Source of the DNA: Diplonema japonicum
Lineage: Eukaryota > Protista > Euglenozoa: Diplonemea
Assembly (NCBI GenBank): GCA_964019335.1
Contig: OZ025684.1
Span: 1 to 64,000 of the forward strand
Reading direction: 5' to 3'
Length of the DNA: 64,000 nucleotides
Part shown: positions 29,801-41,140 of the stretch, piece by piece
Numbering within the stretch: the stretch's first letter is position 1
Layout: each line of letters starts with the position of its first letter
Made by a program: the position numbers and the translations under genes
Notes under the pieces: generated by a model
What the model saw: only the letters and a program-made list of their open reading frames with translations
What the model was told of the DNA's origin: nothing
Database searches by the model: none

Positions 29801-32800
29801 CTATTGTTTGCTCTTCTTGCAGATTGCGATGAAGACCTGTTCGAGGGAAGTCTCGCTGATGGAGTAGTCGATGATCTTGAGGGGGTCGCGCGCCTTCTGG
29901 ATCGTGGAGAACATCTGCGACAGCTTCTGCCCTGCGGTGAGCTGGTAGGTGAGACGGTGGTTGGTCTGTTCCACCAGAGTCGAGTTCGGGAAGCTCGTTT
30001 CGAAAAACCTCACCACCTCTTCCTCCTTCGACGGGGTCACCTTCACCTCCACCTCGTAGGCCCCTCCGAACTTGTGCTTCAGGTGGGAGAGGGATCCGAG
30101 GCACTGGAGCCTCCCGTCTACCATGATCGCCGTGCGGTGGGCCAGGGCCTCTACCTCCTCCAAGTGGTGGGTCGTGAGGACCACGCACCTCCCCTTCCCG
30201 ATAGACTGAAGCGCTGTCCACATTCCTCTCCTCGCCACAGGGTCCATCCCGGCGGTGGGCTCGTCCAGCAGGATGCACGACGGGCCCCCGATCAGGGAGA
30301 TCGCGATGCTCGTCTTCCGCTTGTTGCCCCCGGACAGCCTCTTGCACACCGTGTTCCTGTGGTCCTGAAGCCCCAGCACCCTGATCAGCCCTTCCGTCAT
30401 CTCCTCTCGCATTCCCATCGGGACCCCACGCAACGCGGCGTACAGCGAGATGTGCTCCAACGGCGTCAGCAGGTCCAGCAGAGCGTCGAACTGCGGGCAG
30501 TACCCAAGCTCCCTCTTCGCCTCAGCCGCTTCCATCACCACGTCGTAGCCCTTGATGGAGGCACACCCGGAGGTCGGGAGGAAGTTCCCGGCCAAGACCT
30601 CGATCGTGGTCGTCTTCCCCGCCCCGTTCGTCCCCAGGAAAGCAAAGATCTCGTCCGTCTTCACCCCGAAAGTCACGTCCTTCACCGCCACCTTCGGAGG
30701 AACAGACGGGTACACCTTTCGAAGCTGCTGCACCTTCACCACATCCCCCGCCCTCCCCTGAAGCACTGCGCTCCTCTCGGCCGCAACGTCCTCGTCCTCC
30801 TCCGCAGCCCGCATCTCCATCGCGATGTCGCTGTCGGGACCGGGGGGCTTCCTCAGGCGGAGGATGTACCAGATCTGAGGGAAGTCGTGGGCCATCGCAA
30901 GCACTGCGAACACTGGGAACATCAAACACAGGAACAAGATGTCCCACCCAACCACATCCATCGACAAGGGGGTGTTTGTGGTGGTGCCTATCTTACGCTT
31001 ATTAGGAAGCTGAGCAAGAGCCAAGATCCCATCACCCAAGCAGAAGGAGGGGATCACACGGAACACGAAACGGAGGGCCTTCGCCACATCTTTTGTTGAC
31101 GAGATGATTTCCAAAATGCTAACAGTCATGACGAGGGCGAACCCAGAGAAGTAGTTTCCAAGAAGAACAGTGTTCTGGCCGGTGGTTGCACTCGAGAAGT
31201 AGAATGATGCCAAATACGAAGCAAAGATGGCAGCCACACCGTAGAAGAAAAACAGCATCAATGTTGCTATGAAAGCCTCACCCCCCACGTACTCGTCACG
31301 CCCGAACATGAGGAAGATAATCATAGCAAGAGTGGAGCTCACAGTGAAGCAAGTCAGATCCCAGCAGAAGTTGGACAGCCAGTAGGCACTGAGCTTCACA
31401 CCAGAAACAACCTGAACGTGCTTCGATTTGCTCACACGCTCCTTCACCAAGAATGCTACGTAGTTCGCAGGAATGAAACAGAACGGGAGCATGATGAACA
31501 CCGCCGTCAGCGTTGCTGTCATTGTTGCAGTTTGATCTTCGTGAAAGACACTGTACGGCAGGGGACTGTTCACAAGCTTGATACCTCTTGTGCTCTTGCT
31601 AGTCTGCTTCAAACGTGTTGAGGCGAAGCCGTTCATGGCAATGGGAAGGCTGTGCATGCTGCTTGTGTTGTGGAACAGTGTCATCGGGGAAGAGAAGTCC
31701 GCAGCCGGCTGGAACAGTGCCTGCCAGCACCTGTCGACCTCATTGGATCGGTGCAGGAGCCAGTTGCTCATGTTCGCAGGATTGTCAAATGTATCAGGCC
31801 TGGGGCTCACTCCTTCGATCATGTTGCTCACAGCAAAAGGACTGCCCACAGGTGCCACAGGGAAGATTGAGTTCTCGTCATATTCCACGAGATCAATGGG
31901 ACTGAGGGATGAACTTCCAATCAGATTCTTCAGTGTTAAAGCATACATCACAACCACAACAGGAAGGATAAGCTGGAAGCAGACTGTGCACCTGTCACGC
32001 TTGCTGTACTGAAGCCTCTTCCTCAACAACCCGTGCCATTGAGACATGTACAGAACCTTGTCCTGCATCCTGTCCGCCGGGTCCATGTCGATCCCCTCGA
32101 GATGTTTCACTTCTTGTCCCGATGCATGCTGCTGCTGTTCCTGATGATGGTCGTCCTCAGCCTCGTGGTCGTGTGCAATCTTGATGAAGATCTCTTCCAA
32201 GGTGGTCACGCTCATCCCGAAGGTCTTCACCCCGAGCTGCTGCCCGGCCGACTCCAGCTGTTCGAACAGGTGCGCGAAGTTTGGAAGCCCCCACATCGGG
32301 ACCCTGTATGCAAGCTCCGAACCAGCCGACGAAAGAAGTTCCACATCCTGTTCGCCGGTCTTCCTCAGGGGGCCCACCTGGTCCTTGATGGTGCGCGTGA
32401 TGTTGTCGATGCTCGCCCCTGGTGCCAGCTCCATCGTGAGGTTGTAGCCGACACCAAGTTTCTGCTTCAGGAAGAATGACGATCCCCAGCAGTTCACACG
32501 CCCGCCGTGCAGGATCGCGATCGAGTCACCCAGCAGGTCCGCCTCGTCCATGAAGTGTGTCGTCAGCAAGATGGTCCGTCCAGCCCTCACAGTCTTCAGA
32601 AGGTCCCAGATCGCACGCCTCGCCTGCACATCCATCCCAGCTGTTGGTTCGTCCAAGATGATGAACCTCGGTCCCCCCATCAGAGCGATCCCTACGCTGA
32701 GCTTTCGCTTCATCCCACCAGACAACGATGCCGAGTAAACGTCCTTCTTGTCACTGAGCTCGACCTTCGCCAGAATATCGTCCACGTGCTCTTCGATCGT

Positions 32801-34855
32801 GTCCATCGGGATCCCCTTCACACGACCGTAGTAACGAAGGTGCTCCGCACATGTCATGTTGTCCCACAGGATGTTGTGCTGCGGGCACAACCCGATGTCG
32901 CGTCTCACCTCCCCGAGGTTGTGGGCGATGGAGTTCCCGTACACGCTGGCATCACCGGAAGTCACAGGAAGCATCCCCGTCAACATGTTGATGAGCGTCG
33001 TCTTCCCAGCCCCGTTGTGCCCCAGCAGTGCCAGAATCTGGCCCTCGTACAGCGACAGGTTCACGTTGTTCACCGCCACGTTCGTCGTCCCCTCGTTGTC
33101 GAACTCTTTCCGCAGGTTCGTTATCGAGATCCGCTTCTTCTCCAGCAGGGATGGGTCAGTGATGCTCTCAAGGTTCTTCTTGTCGAACACACCGTCCACC
33201 GCATCAGTGTCAAGGTTCTTGAACTCCACGGGTTTGAACCAGTACGAAGGCCAGCAGTAGTAACACCAAGGCTTCTTTGCACCCCACTCACTGGGAAGAA
33301 CTTGGTCCAGCCACACAGCCAGGAGGAGGTACAGGAAGGTGTCGATCCACATAAATCCGAGGGACAGGGAGAAAGAATACGAGCCATCAGTTGCGGTGCT
33401 CCAGGTCAAGGGGACCCCCTTCCCAGCAGCCTCGTACACAAGCGTCACTGCCTGCCCGAAGGCATAAGTGTTGAAGAAGGAAAGGGTCACTTGCGTGGAT
33501 GTCGATGACTTTGTGAGCACCAGCGAGGGAATAGCTGTCACAAGGTACACCATGGGGCTCACAAGACTCGCCAGAGAAGCCTTCGAGAAAAACACAGACA
33601 TCATGATGCCAGCTGCCGCCAAGGACATGCAGTAGCTCCAGAACAGCATGAAGATGATCCCAAAGTTTGTCCCGCTCAAGAAGGTCCAGCTCACTATAAG
33701 TGCAAGGAGGAGCCCTGTGATCGACATTTGCACTATTGTTGTCATCACCCAAGACAGCTTGAAGGCCGTGGAGGACAGCCCCATGATGAGCATCGCCTCT
33801 CGGATCCGCGCCTCCTTCTCGCGAACAATGGAAGACACAATCTGAGACAAAGGGAACAGGAAGGCCATTGTGAGCAAAAGGGGGAGAAACGATCCAGCGC
33901 TTTTCAAAAAGCTGTTCGAATGGTACCCTTGCACAGGCATCGGGACGATGGCGGAGGGGACCTCAGCCCCAGTGATGTTGGCATTGATGAGGCTCTGAAG
34001 GGTGAGGAAGCCACCACCAATATACTGACGGTAGGTCGTGTCGTAGCCAATGTTTTCAGCGGTGTGAGCGGAGGTGTCAGGAACAGCTGTGTAGTTCATC
34101 CTGATGGTGTACTCAGTGAGACTATTCAAGACGATAACAGCCCATATCTTGCTGGACCCCTCCTTTGACGATGCGTAGTCAGTCGCCGCTTTCTCACTCT
34201 TGAAACTCCTCTTCGTGTACTTGTAGGTGTGCGTGTTGGTCAAAAACCAATCGTCGAACCTCTCCACAAGGGCAGGCTCCCCCATGATGCTGATGTTCCC
34301 CCCAGTGCGCAGCGCGTTCGCGACCCCAGTGCCACTGTCATCTGTCCCAGGGAGATCCACAGTCTGTGCGAAGTTCCTCCACAGGGCCACAACGTCGAAG
34401 CTGGGAATCGTGGTGGAGTTGCGAACCTCGAACCAAGGCATCAGTATCTCGTCAAGTATGCCCTCATCGTTGTTGTCGGGAACCGAAGTTCCGAGGCAGA
34501 GGTTCCCCAAGCAGTGCCACTCGGGAGGGGTGTCCGTACAGGTGGCGTACCCCATGGGCTCAGCCTGACCGTCGAGACGGCACATCCATGGCTTGAAGTG
34601 CGCATCCACATCGAAGTGGTTCTCGAGGTACTCAAAGTTCTTGTGGTTGTCGGAGCCCGCTGCATAGTACGCAGGCACCATCATCGTCATGAAGAGCACA
34701 GGAAGCAGAATCTCCAACAGTGTACCCTTCCACGATCGCAGCTTCAACCGCACGTTCTTCTCCATCACGAAGTAAACCGCTGCCAGCACATTGGGCCTCT
34801 CGAACTCCCCAACTCTGACGCCGTTGAGCATCGGGGTGAGGAGGTTTGCCTCCAT
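29801..34855 (-). CDS. ABCA-family full transporter, copy 1
   Basis: VREKEARIREAMLIMGL; NBD1 GHNGAGKTT, LSGGMKRK, LDEPTAG; NBD2 GTNGAGKTT, GYCPQFD, LSGGNKRK; SLEQVF. Confidence 0.96.
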   Translation of the reverse strand: MEANLLTPMLNGVRVGEFERPNVLAAVYFVMEKNVRLKLRSWKGTLLEILLPVLFMTMMVPAYYAAGSDNHKNFEYLENHFDVDAHFKPWMCRLDGQAEPMGYATCTDTPPEWHCLGNLCLGTSVPDNNDEGILDEILMPWFEVRNSTTIPSFDVVALWRNFAQTVDLPGTDDSGTGVANALRTGGNISIMGEPALVERFDDWFLTNTHTYKYTKRSFKSEKAATDYASSKEGSSKIWAVIVLNSLTEYTIRMNYTAVPDTSAHTAENIGYDTTYRQYIGGGFLTLQSLINANITGAEVPSAIVPMPVQGYHSNSFLKSAGSFLPLLLTMAFLFPLSQIVSSIVREKEARIREAMLIMGLSSTAFKLSWVMTTIVQMSITGLLLALIVSWTFLSGTNFGIIFMLFWSYCMSLAAAGIMMSVFFSKASLASLVSPMVYLVTAIPSLVLTKSSTSTQVTLSFFNTYAFGQAVTLVYEAAGKGVPLTWSTATDGSYSFSLSLGFMWIDTFLYLLLAVWLDQVLPSEWGAKKPWCYYCWPSYWFKPVEFKNLDTDAVDGVFDKKNLESITDPSLLEKKRISITNLRKEFDNEGTTNVAVNNVNLSLYEGQILALLGHNGAGKTTLINMLTGMLPVTSGDASVYGNSIAHNLGEVRRDIGLCPQHNILWDNMTCAEHLRYYGRVKGIPMDTIEEHVDDILAKVELSDKKDVYSASLSGGMKRKLSVGIALMGGPRFIILDEPTAGMDVQARRAIWDLLKTVRAGRTILLTTHFMDEADLLGDSIAILHGGRVNCWGSSFFLKQKLGVGYNLTMELAPGASIDNITRTIKDQVGPLRKTGEQDVELLSSAGSELAYRVPMWGLPNFAHLFEQLESAGQQLGVKTFGMSVTTLEEIFIKIAHDHEAEDDHHQEQQQHASGQEVKHLEGIDMDPADRMQDKVLYMSQWHGLLRKRLQYSKRDRCTVCFQLILPVVVVMYALTLKNLIGSSSLSPIDLVEYDENSIFPVAPVGSPFAVSNMIEGVSPRPDTFDNPANMSNWLLHRSNEVDRCWQALFQPAADFSSPMTLFHNTSSMHSLPIAMNGFASTRLKQTSKSTRGIKLVNSPLPYSVFHEDQTATMTATLTAVFIMLPFCFIPANYVAFLVKERVSKSKHVQVVSGVKLSAYWLSNFCWDLTCFTVSSTLAMIIFLMFGRDEYVGGEAFIATLMLFFFYGVAAIFASYLASFYFSSATTGQNTVLLGNYFSGFALVMTVSILEIISSTKDVAKALRFVFRVIPSFCLGDGILALAQLPNKRKIGTTTNTPLSMDVVGWDILFLCLMFPVFAVLAMAHDFPQIWYILRLRKPPGPDSDIAMEMRAAEEDEDVAAERSAVLQGRAGDVVKVQQLRKVYPSVPPKVAVKDVTFGVKTDEIFAFLGTNGAGKTTTIEVLAGNFLPTSGCASIKGYDVVMEAAEAKRELGYCPQFDALLDLLTPLEHISLYAALRGVPMGMREEMTEGLIRVLGLQDHRNTVCKRLSGGNKRKTSIAISLIGGPSCILLDEPTAGMDPVARRGMWTALQSIGKGRCVVLTTHHLEEVEALAHRTAIMVDGRLQCLGSLSHLKHKFGGAYEVEVKVTPSKEEEVVRFFETSFPNSTLVEQTNHRLTYQLTAGQKLSQMFSTIQKARDPLKIIDYSISETSLEQVFIAICKKSKQ

Positions 34856-35756
34856 CGTAGAAATTCTTGATTAAATCAAACTGTATAAAGTAATGGAAAA
34901 AAGAAAAAAAACTCCAAATAAAGCAGTATAAAGAAGATAGGAATCAATCCAACAGAAAGGGAAGTGGGTATAAATGGGGTCAAATGGAAGGTGAAATAAG
35001 GGATAGGGGGGAAGGAGGAGAGAAATACAGGGAATCACTAAATCTTGATGCAAAAACTGCTACACATTTTAGACACGAAGAGAAAGAAAAAAATGGAGGC
35101 TTTGCCTTTATATATTACTAAGGTACACCCCCTTCCACGTGCAGTAAGTACATTCAATAAAATAAGAATACCTGGTGAAAATAAGGGTTAGGGAAAATTG
35201 ATCAACATGAAGCAGGAAAACACCTCTTGACGAGGAGAAAAAAAGACAAAGATGGCGCTTGGGAACACAATAAGATAGGGAAAAGCAGCTAGGGACAGTA
35301 AGGCATTTAACCTTCTTTCTTTCAAAATCGGGTATATCTTGAGTTCGTTGTTTACTTATCTCAAGCAAGAAAAGCAGAAAAGAGAAAAAAAGAACAGCAG
35401 GGAAAAGAAGAAAAAAAGAAGGAATAAAATAGAGGGTCAATCCCTCTTTTTTTATCCGTTGTCTTCTTCGCTTTTGCCTTTTCTGTTACCATTCTTCTCT
35501 TTGGGTTCATCTTCTCTTCTGCGAAACCTGATTAAGCAATAATGCATTTGATATAAACTAAGCGATATGTGTTCATGACACAATTTGCTTTTGATGATAA
35601 AACCCGCTAAGGAAAAATAACATTTTCGCATATCGAGATCACGGAAGTATGTTGCGATCTTTACCTGGACGGGAATATTGAGTAAAATCGGAATAAGCTG
35701 TAAAAGCAAAAAGAAATTAAAGAAAACCATGTGAATAAGAAAATGCACCAGACTGG

Positions 35757-38700
35757 CTACTCAGCAAGGCTCTTCTTGCAGATTGCGATGAAGACCTGTT
35801 CGAGGGAAGTCTCGCTGATGGAGTAGTCGATGATCTTGAGGGGGTCGCGCGCCTTCTGGATCGTGGAGAACATCTGCGACAGCTTCTGCCCTGCGGTGAG
35901 CTGGTAGGTGAGACGGTGGTTGGTCTGTTCCACCAGAGTCGAGTTCGGGAAGCTCGTTTCGAAAAACCTCACCACCTCTTCCTCCTTCGACGGGGTCACC
36001 TTCACCTCCACCTCGTAGGCCCCTCCGAACTTGTGCTTCAGGTGGGAGAGGGATCCGAGGCACTGGAGCCTCCCGTCTACCATGATCGCCGTGCGGTGGG
36101 CCAGGGCCTCTACCTCCTCCAAGTGGTGGGTCGTGAGGACCACGCACCTCCCCTTCCCGATAGACTGAAGCGCTGTCCACATTCCTCTCCTCGCCACAGG
36201 GTCCATCCCGGCGGTGGGCTCGTCCAGCAGGATGCACGACGGGCCCCCGATCAGGGAGATCGCGATGCTCGTCTTCCGCTTGTTGCCCCCGGACAGCCTC
36301 TTGCACACCGTGTTCCTGTGGTCCTGAAGCCCCAGCACCCTGATCAGCCCTTCCGTCATCTCCTCTCGCATTCCCATCGGGACCCCACGCAACGCGGCGT
36401 ACAGCGAGATGTGCTCCAACGGCGTCAGCAGGTCCAGCAGAGCGTCGAACTGCGGGCAGTACCCAAGCTCCCTCTTCGCCTCAGCCGCTTCCATCACCAC
36501 GTCGTAGCCCTTGATGGAGGCACACCCGGAGGTCGGGAGGAAGTTCCCGGCCAAGACCTCGATCGTGGTCGTCTTCCCCGCCCCGTTCGTCCCCAGGAAA
36601 GCAAAGATCTCGTCCGTCTTCACCCCGAAAGTCACGTCCTTCACCGCCACCTTCGGAGGAACAGACGGGTACACCTTTCGAAGCTGCTGCACCTTCACCA
36701 CATCCCCCGCCCTCCCCTGAAGCACTGCGCTCCTCTCGGCCGCAACGTCCTCGTCCTCCTCCGCAGCCCGCATCTCCATCGCGATGTCGCTGTCGGGACC
36801 GGGGGGCTTCCTCAGGCGGAGGATGTACCAGATCTGAGGGAAGTCGTGGGCCATCGCAAGCACTGCGAACACTGGGAACATCAAACACAGGAACAAGATG
36901 TCCCACCCAACCACATCCATCGACAAGGGGGTGTTTGTGGTTGCACCAATGTCTCGTTGTTGTGGAAGTTGAGCAAGAGCCAAGATCCCATCACCCAAGC
37001 AGAAGGAGGGGATCACACGGAACACGAAACGGAGGGCCTTCGCCACATCTTTTGTTGACGAGATGATTTCCAAAATGCTAACAGTAATGACGAGGGCGAA
37101 CCCAGAGAAGTAGTTTCCAAGAAGAACAGTGTTCTGGCCGGTGGTTGCACTCAAGAAGTAGAATGATGCCAAATATGAAGCAAAGATGGCAGTCACACCG
37201 TAGAAGAAGAACAGCAACAGCGTAGCGAAGAAGGCCTCGCCGCTCCCCACGTACTCGTCACGCCCGAACATGAGGAAGACAATAATAGCAAGAGTGGAGC
37301 TCACAGTGAAGGAAGTCAAGTCCCAGCAGAAGTTGGACAGCCAGTAGGCACTGAGCTTCACACCAGAAACAACCTGAACGTGCTTCGATTTGCTCACACG
37401 CTCCTTCACCAAGAATGCTACGTAGTTCGCAGGAATGAAACAGAAGGGAAGCATGATGAACATTGCCGTTATTGTCGCTGAAATCGTTTCAGTTTGATCT
37501 TCGTGATAGGCACTGTACGGCAGGGGGTTGTTCACAAGCTTGATACCCTCCGTGCTTCCGTGCTGCTGCCTGTACTGCTCCGAGGCGAAGCCGTTCATGG
37601 CAATGGGAAGGCTGTGCATGCTGCTTGTGTTGTGGAACAGTGTCATCGGGGAAGAGAAGTCCGCAGCCGGCTGGATCAGTGCCTGCCAGCACCTGTCGTC
37701 CTCATTAGATCGGTGCAGGAGCCAGTTGCTCATGTTCGCAGGATTGTCAAATGTATCAGGCCTGGGGCTCACCCCTTCGATCATGTTGCTCACAGCAAAA
37801 GGGCTGCCCACAGGTGCCACAGGGAAGATTGAATCCTCACTGTACTTGAAGAGGTCGATCGCCTTCAAAGAGGTGCTTCCAAACAAATCACTCAGAATTA
37901 ATGCATACATCACAACCACAACAGGAAGGATAAGCTGGAAGCAGACTGTGCACCTGTCACGCTTGCTGTACTGAAGCCTCTTCCTCAACAACCCGTGCCA
38001 TTGAGACATGTACAGAACCTTGTCCTGCATCCTGTCCGCCGGGTCCATGTCGATCCCCTCGAGATGTTTCACTTCTTGTCCCGATGCATGCTGCTGCTGT
38101 TCCTGATGATGGTCGTCCTCAGCCTCGTGGTCGTGTGCAATCTTGATGAAGATCTCTTCCAAGGTGGTCACGCTCATCCCGAAGGTCTTCACCCCGAGCT
38201 GCTGCCCGGCCGACTCCAGCTGTTCGAACAGGTGCGCGAAGTTTGGAAGCCCCCACATCGGGACCCTGTATGCAAGCTCCGAACCAGCCGACGAAAGAAG
38301 TTCCACATCCTGTTCGCCGGTCTTCCTCAGGGGGCCCACCTGGTCCTTGATGGTGCGCGTGATGTTGTCGATGCTCGCCCCTGGTGCCAGCTCCATCGTG
38401 AGGTTGTAGCCGACACCAAGTTTCTGCTTCAGGAAGAATGACGATCCCCAGCAGTTCACACGCCCGCCGTGCAGGATCGCGATCGAGTCACCCAGCAGGT
38501 CCGCCTCGTCCATGAAGTGTGTCGTCAGCAAGATGGTCCGTCCAGCCCTCACAGTCTTCAGAAGGTCCCAGATCGCACGCCTCGCCTGCACATCCATCCC
38601 AGCTGTTGGTTCGTCCAAGATGATGAACCTCGGTCCCCCCATCAGAGCGATCCCTACGCTGAGCTTTCGCTTCATCCCACCAGACAACGATGCCGAGTAA

Positions 38701-40853
38701 ACGTCCTTCTTGTCACTGAGCTCGACCTTCGCCAGAATATCGTCCACGTGCTCTTCGATCGTGTCCATCGGGATCCCCTTCACACGACCGTAGTAACGAA
38801 GGTGCTCCGCACATGTCATGTTGTCCCACAGGATGTTGTGCTGCGGGCACAACCCGATGTCGCGTCTCACCTCCCCGAGGTTGTGGGCGATGGAGTTCCC
38901 GTACACGCTGGCATCACCGGAAGTCACAGGAAGCATCCCCGTCAACATGTTGATGAGCGTCGTCTTCCCAGCCCCGTTGTGCCCCAGCAGTGCCAGAATC
39001 TGGCCCTCGTACAGCGACAGGTTCACGTTGTTCACCGCCACGTTCGTCGTCCCCTCGTTGTCGAACTCTTTCCGCAGGTTCGTTATCGAGATCCGCTTCT
39101 TCTCCAGCAGGGATGGGTCAGTGATGCTCTCAAGGTTCTTCTTGTCGAACACACCGTCCACCGCATCACCCGTGTCCAAATTCGTGAATTCCTTCTTCTG
39201 GAACCAGTACGAAGGCCAGCAGTAGTAGAAAAAAGGCTTCTTCGCACCCCACTCACTGGGAAGAACCTGATCCAGCCACACAGCCAGGAGAAGGTACAGG
39301 AAGGTGTCGATCCACATAAATCCGAGGGACAGGGAGTAGGAATACGAGCCATCAGTTGCGGTGCTCCAGGTCAAGGGGACCCCCTTCCCAGCAGCCTCGT
39401 ACACAAGCGTCACTGCCTGCCCGAAGGCATAAGTGTTGAAGAATGACAGGGTCACTTGCGTCGTTGTCGATGAGTTCGTGAGCACCAGCGAGGGAATAGC
39501 TGTCACAAGGTACACCATGGGGCTCACAAGACTCGCCAGAGAAGCCTTCGAGAAAAACACAGACATCATGATGCCAGCCGCCGCCAAGGACATGCAGTAG
39601 CTCCAGAACAGCATGAAGGTGATCCCAAATTCAGTATTGTCGAGAAAGGTCCAGCTCACCACAAGTGCAAGGAGGAGCCCTGTGATCGACATTTGCACTA
39701 TTGTTGTCATCACCCAAGACAGCTTGAAGGCCGTGGAGGACAGCCCCATGATGAGCATCGCCTCTCGGATCCGCGCCTCCTTCTCGCGAACAATGGAAGA
39801 CACAATCTGAGACAAAGGGAACAAAAATGCTAAAGTAAGAACAAGGGGGAGAAACGATCCAGCGTTTTTCAAGAAGCCGTTCGAATGGTACCCTTGCACA
39901 GGCATCGGGACGATGGCGGAGGGGGCCTCAGCCCCAGTGATGTTGGCATTGATGAGGCTCTGAAGGGTGAGGAAGCCACCACCAATGTACTGACGGTAAC
40001 TCTTGTCGTAGCCAATGTCTTCAGCGGTGTGAGCGGAGGTGTCAGGAACAGCTGTGTAGTTCATCCTGATGGTGTACTCAGTGAGACTATTCAAGACGAT
40101 AACAGCCCATATCTTGCTGGACCCCTCCCTTGACGATGCGTAGTCAGTCGCTGCTTTCTCACTCTCGAAACTCCTCTTCGTGTACTTGTAGGTGTGCGTG
40201 TTGGTCAAAAACCAATCGTCGAACCTCTCCACAAGGGCAGGCTCCCCCATGATGCTGATGTTCCCCCCAGTGCGCAGCGCGTTCGCAACATTCACACCAT
40301 TGTCATCTGTCCCAGGGAGATCCACAGTCTGTGCGAAGTTCCTCCACAGGGCCACAACGTCGAAGCTGGGAATCGTGGTGGAGTTGAAAACGTGGTACCA
40401 AGGGGAGAGGAGCTCCTCGAGGGCACCGTTGTCGTTGTTGTCGGGAACAGAAGAGTTCAGGCAGAGGTTCCCCAAGCAGTGCCACTCGGGAGGGGGATCG
40501 CTCGAATTAGGATCGCTCGAATTCACACAGAGGGCGTACCCCATGGGCCCAGTCTGCTCATCGAGACGGCACATCCATGGCTTGAAGTGCGCATCCACAT
40601 CGAAGTGGTTTTCAAGGTACTCTTGATTCTTGTAGTTGTCGGAGCCCGCTGCATAGTACGCAGGCACCAGCATCGTCATGAAGAGCACAGGAAGCAGAAT
40701 CTCAACGGTGGTACCCTTCCATGCTCGAATCTTTAAGCGAGCGTTCTTCTCCATCACGAAGTAAACCGCTGCCAGCACATTGGGCCTCTCGAACTCCCCA
40801 ACTCTGACGCCTGCATGCGTCGGGTTGAGGCGACTCGTTTCAGTCGCAAGCAT
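35757..40853 (-). CDS. ABCA-family full transporter, copy 2
   Basis: Same motifs as copy 1. ATG MLATET at 40853 follows a pyrimidine-rich tract ending in CACAG. Confidence 0.95.
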   Translation of the reverse strand: MLATETSRLNPTHAGVRVGEFERPNVLAAVYFVMEKNARLKIRAWKGTTVEILLPVLFMTMLVPAYYAAGSDNYKNQEYLENHFDVDAHFKPWMCRLDEQTGPMGYALCVNSSDPNSSDPPPEWHCLGNLCLNSSVPDNNDNGALEELLSPWYHVFNSTTIPSFDVVALWRNFAQTVDLPGTDDNGVNVANALRTGGNISIMGEPALVERFDDWFLTNTHTYKYTKRSFESEKAATDYASSREGSSKIWAVIVLNSLTEYTIRMNYTAVPDTSAHTAEDIGYDKSYRQYIGGGFLTLQSLINANITGAEAPSAIVPMPVQGYHSNGFLKNAGSFLPLVLTLAFLFPLSQIVSSIVREKEARIREAMLIMGLSSTAFKLSWVMTTIVQMSITGLLLALVVSWTFLDNTEFGITFMLFWSYCMSLAAAGIMMSVFFSKASLASLVSPMVYLVTAIPSLVLTNSSTTTQVTLSFFNTYAFGQAVTLVYEAAGKGVPLTWSTATDGSYSYSLSLGFMWIDTFLYLLLAVWLDQVLPSEWGAKKPFFYYCWPSYWFQKKEFTNLDTGDAVDGVFDKKNLESITDPSLLEKKRISITNLRKEFDNEGTTNVAVNNVNLSLYEGQILALLGHNGAGKTTLINMLTGMLPVTSGDASVYGNSIAHNLGEVRRDIGLCPQHNILWDNMTCAEHLRYYGRVKGIPMDTIEEHVDDILAKVELSDKKDVYSASLSGGMKRKLSVGIALMGGPRFIILDEPTAGMDVQARRAIWDLLKTVRAGRTILLTTHFMDEADLLGDSIAILHGGRVNCWGSSFFLKQKLGVGYNLTMELAPGASIDNITRTIKDQVGPLRKTGEQDVELLSSAGSELAYRVPMWGLPNFAHLFEQLESAGQQLGVKTFGMSVTTLEEIFIKIAHDHEAEDDHHQEQQQHASGQEVKHLEGIDMDPADRMQDKVLYMSQWHGLLRKRLQYSKRDRCTVCFQLILPVVVVMYALILSDLFGSTSLKAIDLFKYSEDSIFPVAPVGSPFAVSNMIEGVSPRPDTFDNPANMSNWLLHRSNEDDRCWQALIQPAADFSSPMTLFHNTSSMHSLPIAMNGFASEQYRQQHGSTEGIKLVNNPLPYSAYHEDQTETISATITAMFIMLPFCFIPANYVAFLVKERVSKSKHVQVVSGVKLSAYWLSNFCWDLTSFTVSSTLAIIVFLMFGRDEYVGSGEAFFATLLLFFFYGVTAIFASYLASFYFLSATTGQNTVLLGNYFSGFALVITVSILEIISSTKDVAKALRFVFRVIPSFCLGDGILALAQLPQQRDIGATTNTPLSMDVVGWDILFLCLMFPVFAVLAMAHDFPQIWYILRLRKPPGPDSDIAMEMRAAEEDEDVAAERSAVLQGRAGDVVKVQQLRKVYPSVPPKVAVKDVTFGVKTDEIFAFLGTNGAGKTTTIEVLAGNFLPTSGCASIKGYDVVMEAAEAKRELGYCPQFDALLDLLTPLEHISLYAALRGVPMGMREEMTEGLIRVLGLQDHRNTVCKRLSGGNKRKTSIAISLIGGPSCILLDEPTAGMDPVARRGMWTALQSIGKGRCVVLTTHHLEEVEALAHRTAIMVDGRLQCLGSLSHLKHKFGGAYEVEVKVTPSKEEEVVRFFETSFPNSTLVEQTNHRLTYQLTAGQKLSQMFSTIQKARDPLKIIDYSISETSLEQVFIAICKKSLAE

Positions 40854-40965
40854 TTGTTTAAGCTGTGAGATGTGAAAACAAACGAAGATGCGGGAAATAA
40901 AACTAAAAGACAAACTATTCTAACCCTTGAAAGACCAGAGCTGATTTATCAGACTTTGAAAAAAA

Positions 40966-41140
40966 TATATATATGAGTTAAAAGAGGTCTTTGTGAGACG
41001 CCCCCTTGTTCTCATCCACTACCTGCACCTATCCCTTTTCAGCAGCGGTTTTTTCTTCCTCGGTGGTCGTGCCGGCCTCCTCCCCCAGCTTGCTACTTTT
41101 TCCCTTCTTTCTCTTGCCTTTGTTCCACACCTTCTTCTTC
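40966..41140 (-). mobile_element. Severely 5'-truncated LINE 3' end with an apparent internal deletion
   Basis: TATATGAGTTAAAAGAGGTCTTTGTGAGACGCCCCCTTGTTCTCAT matches 52601 and 57991. After about 41118 it jumps to TTCCACACCTTCTTC, also seen near 58327. Confidence 0.88.
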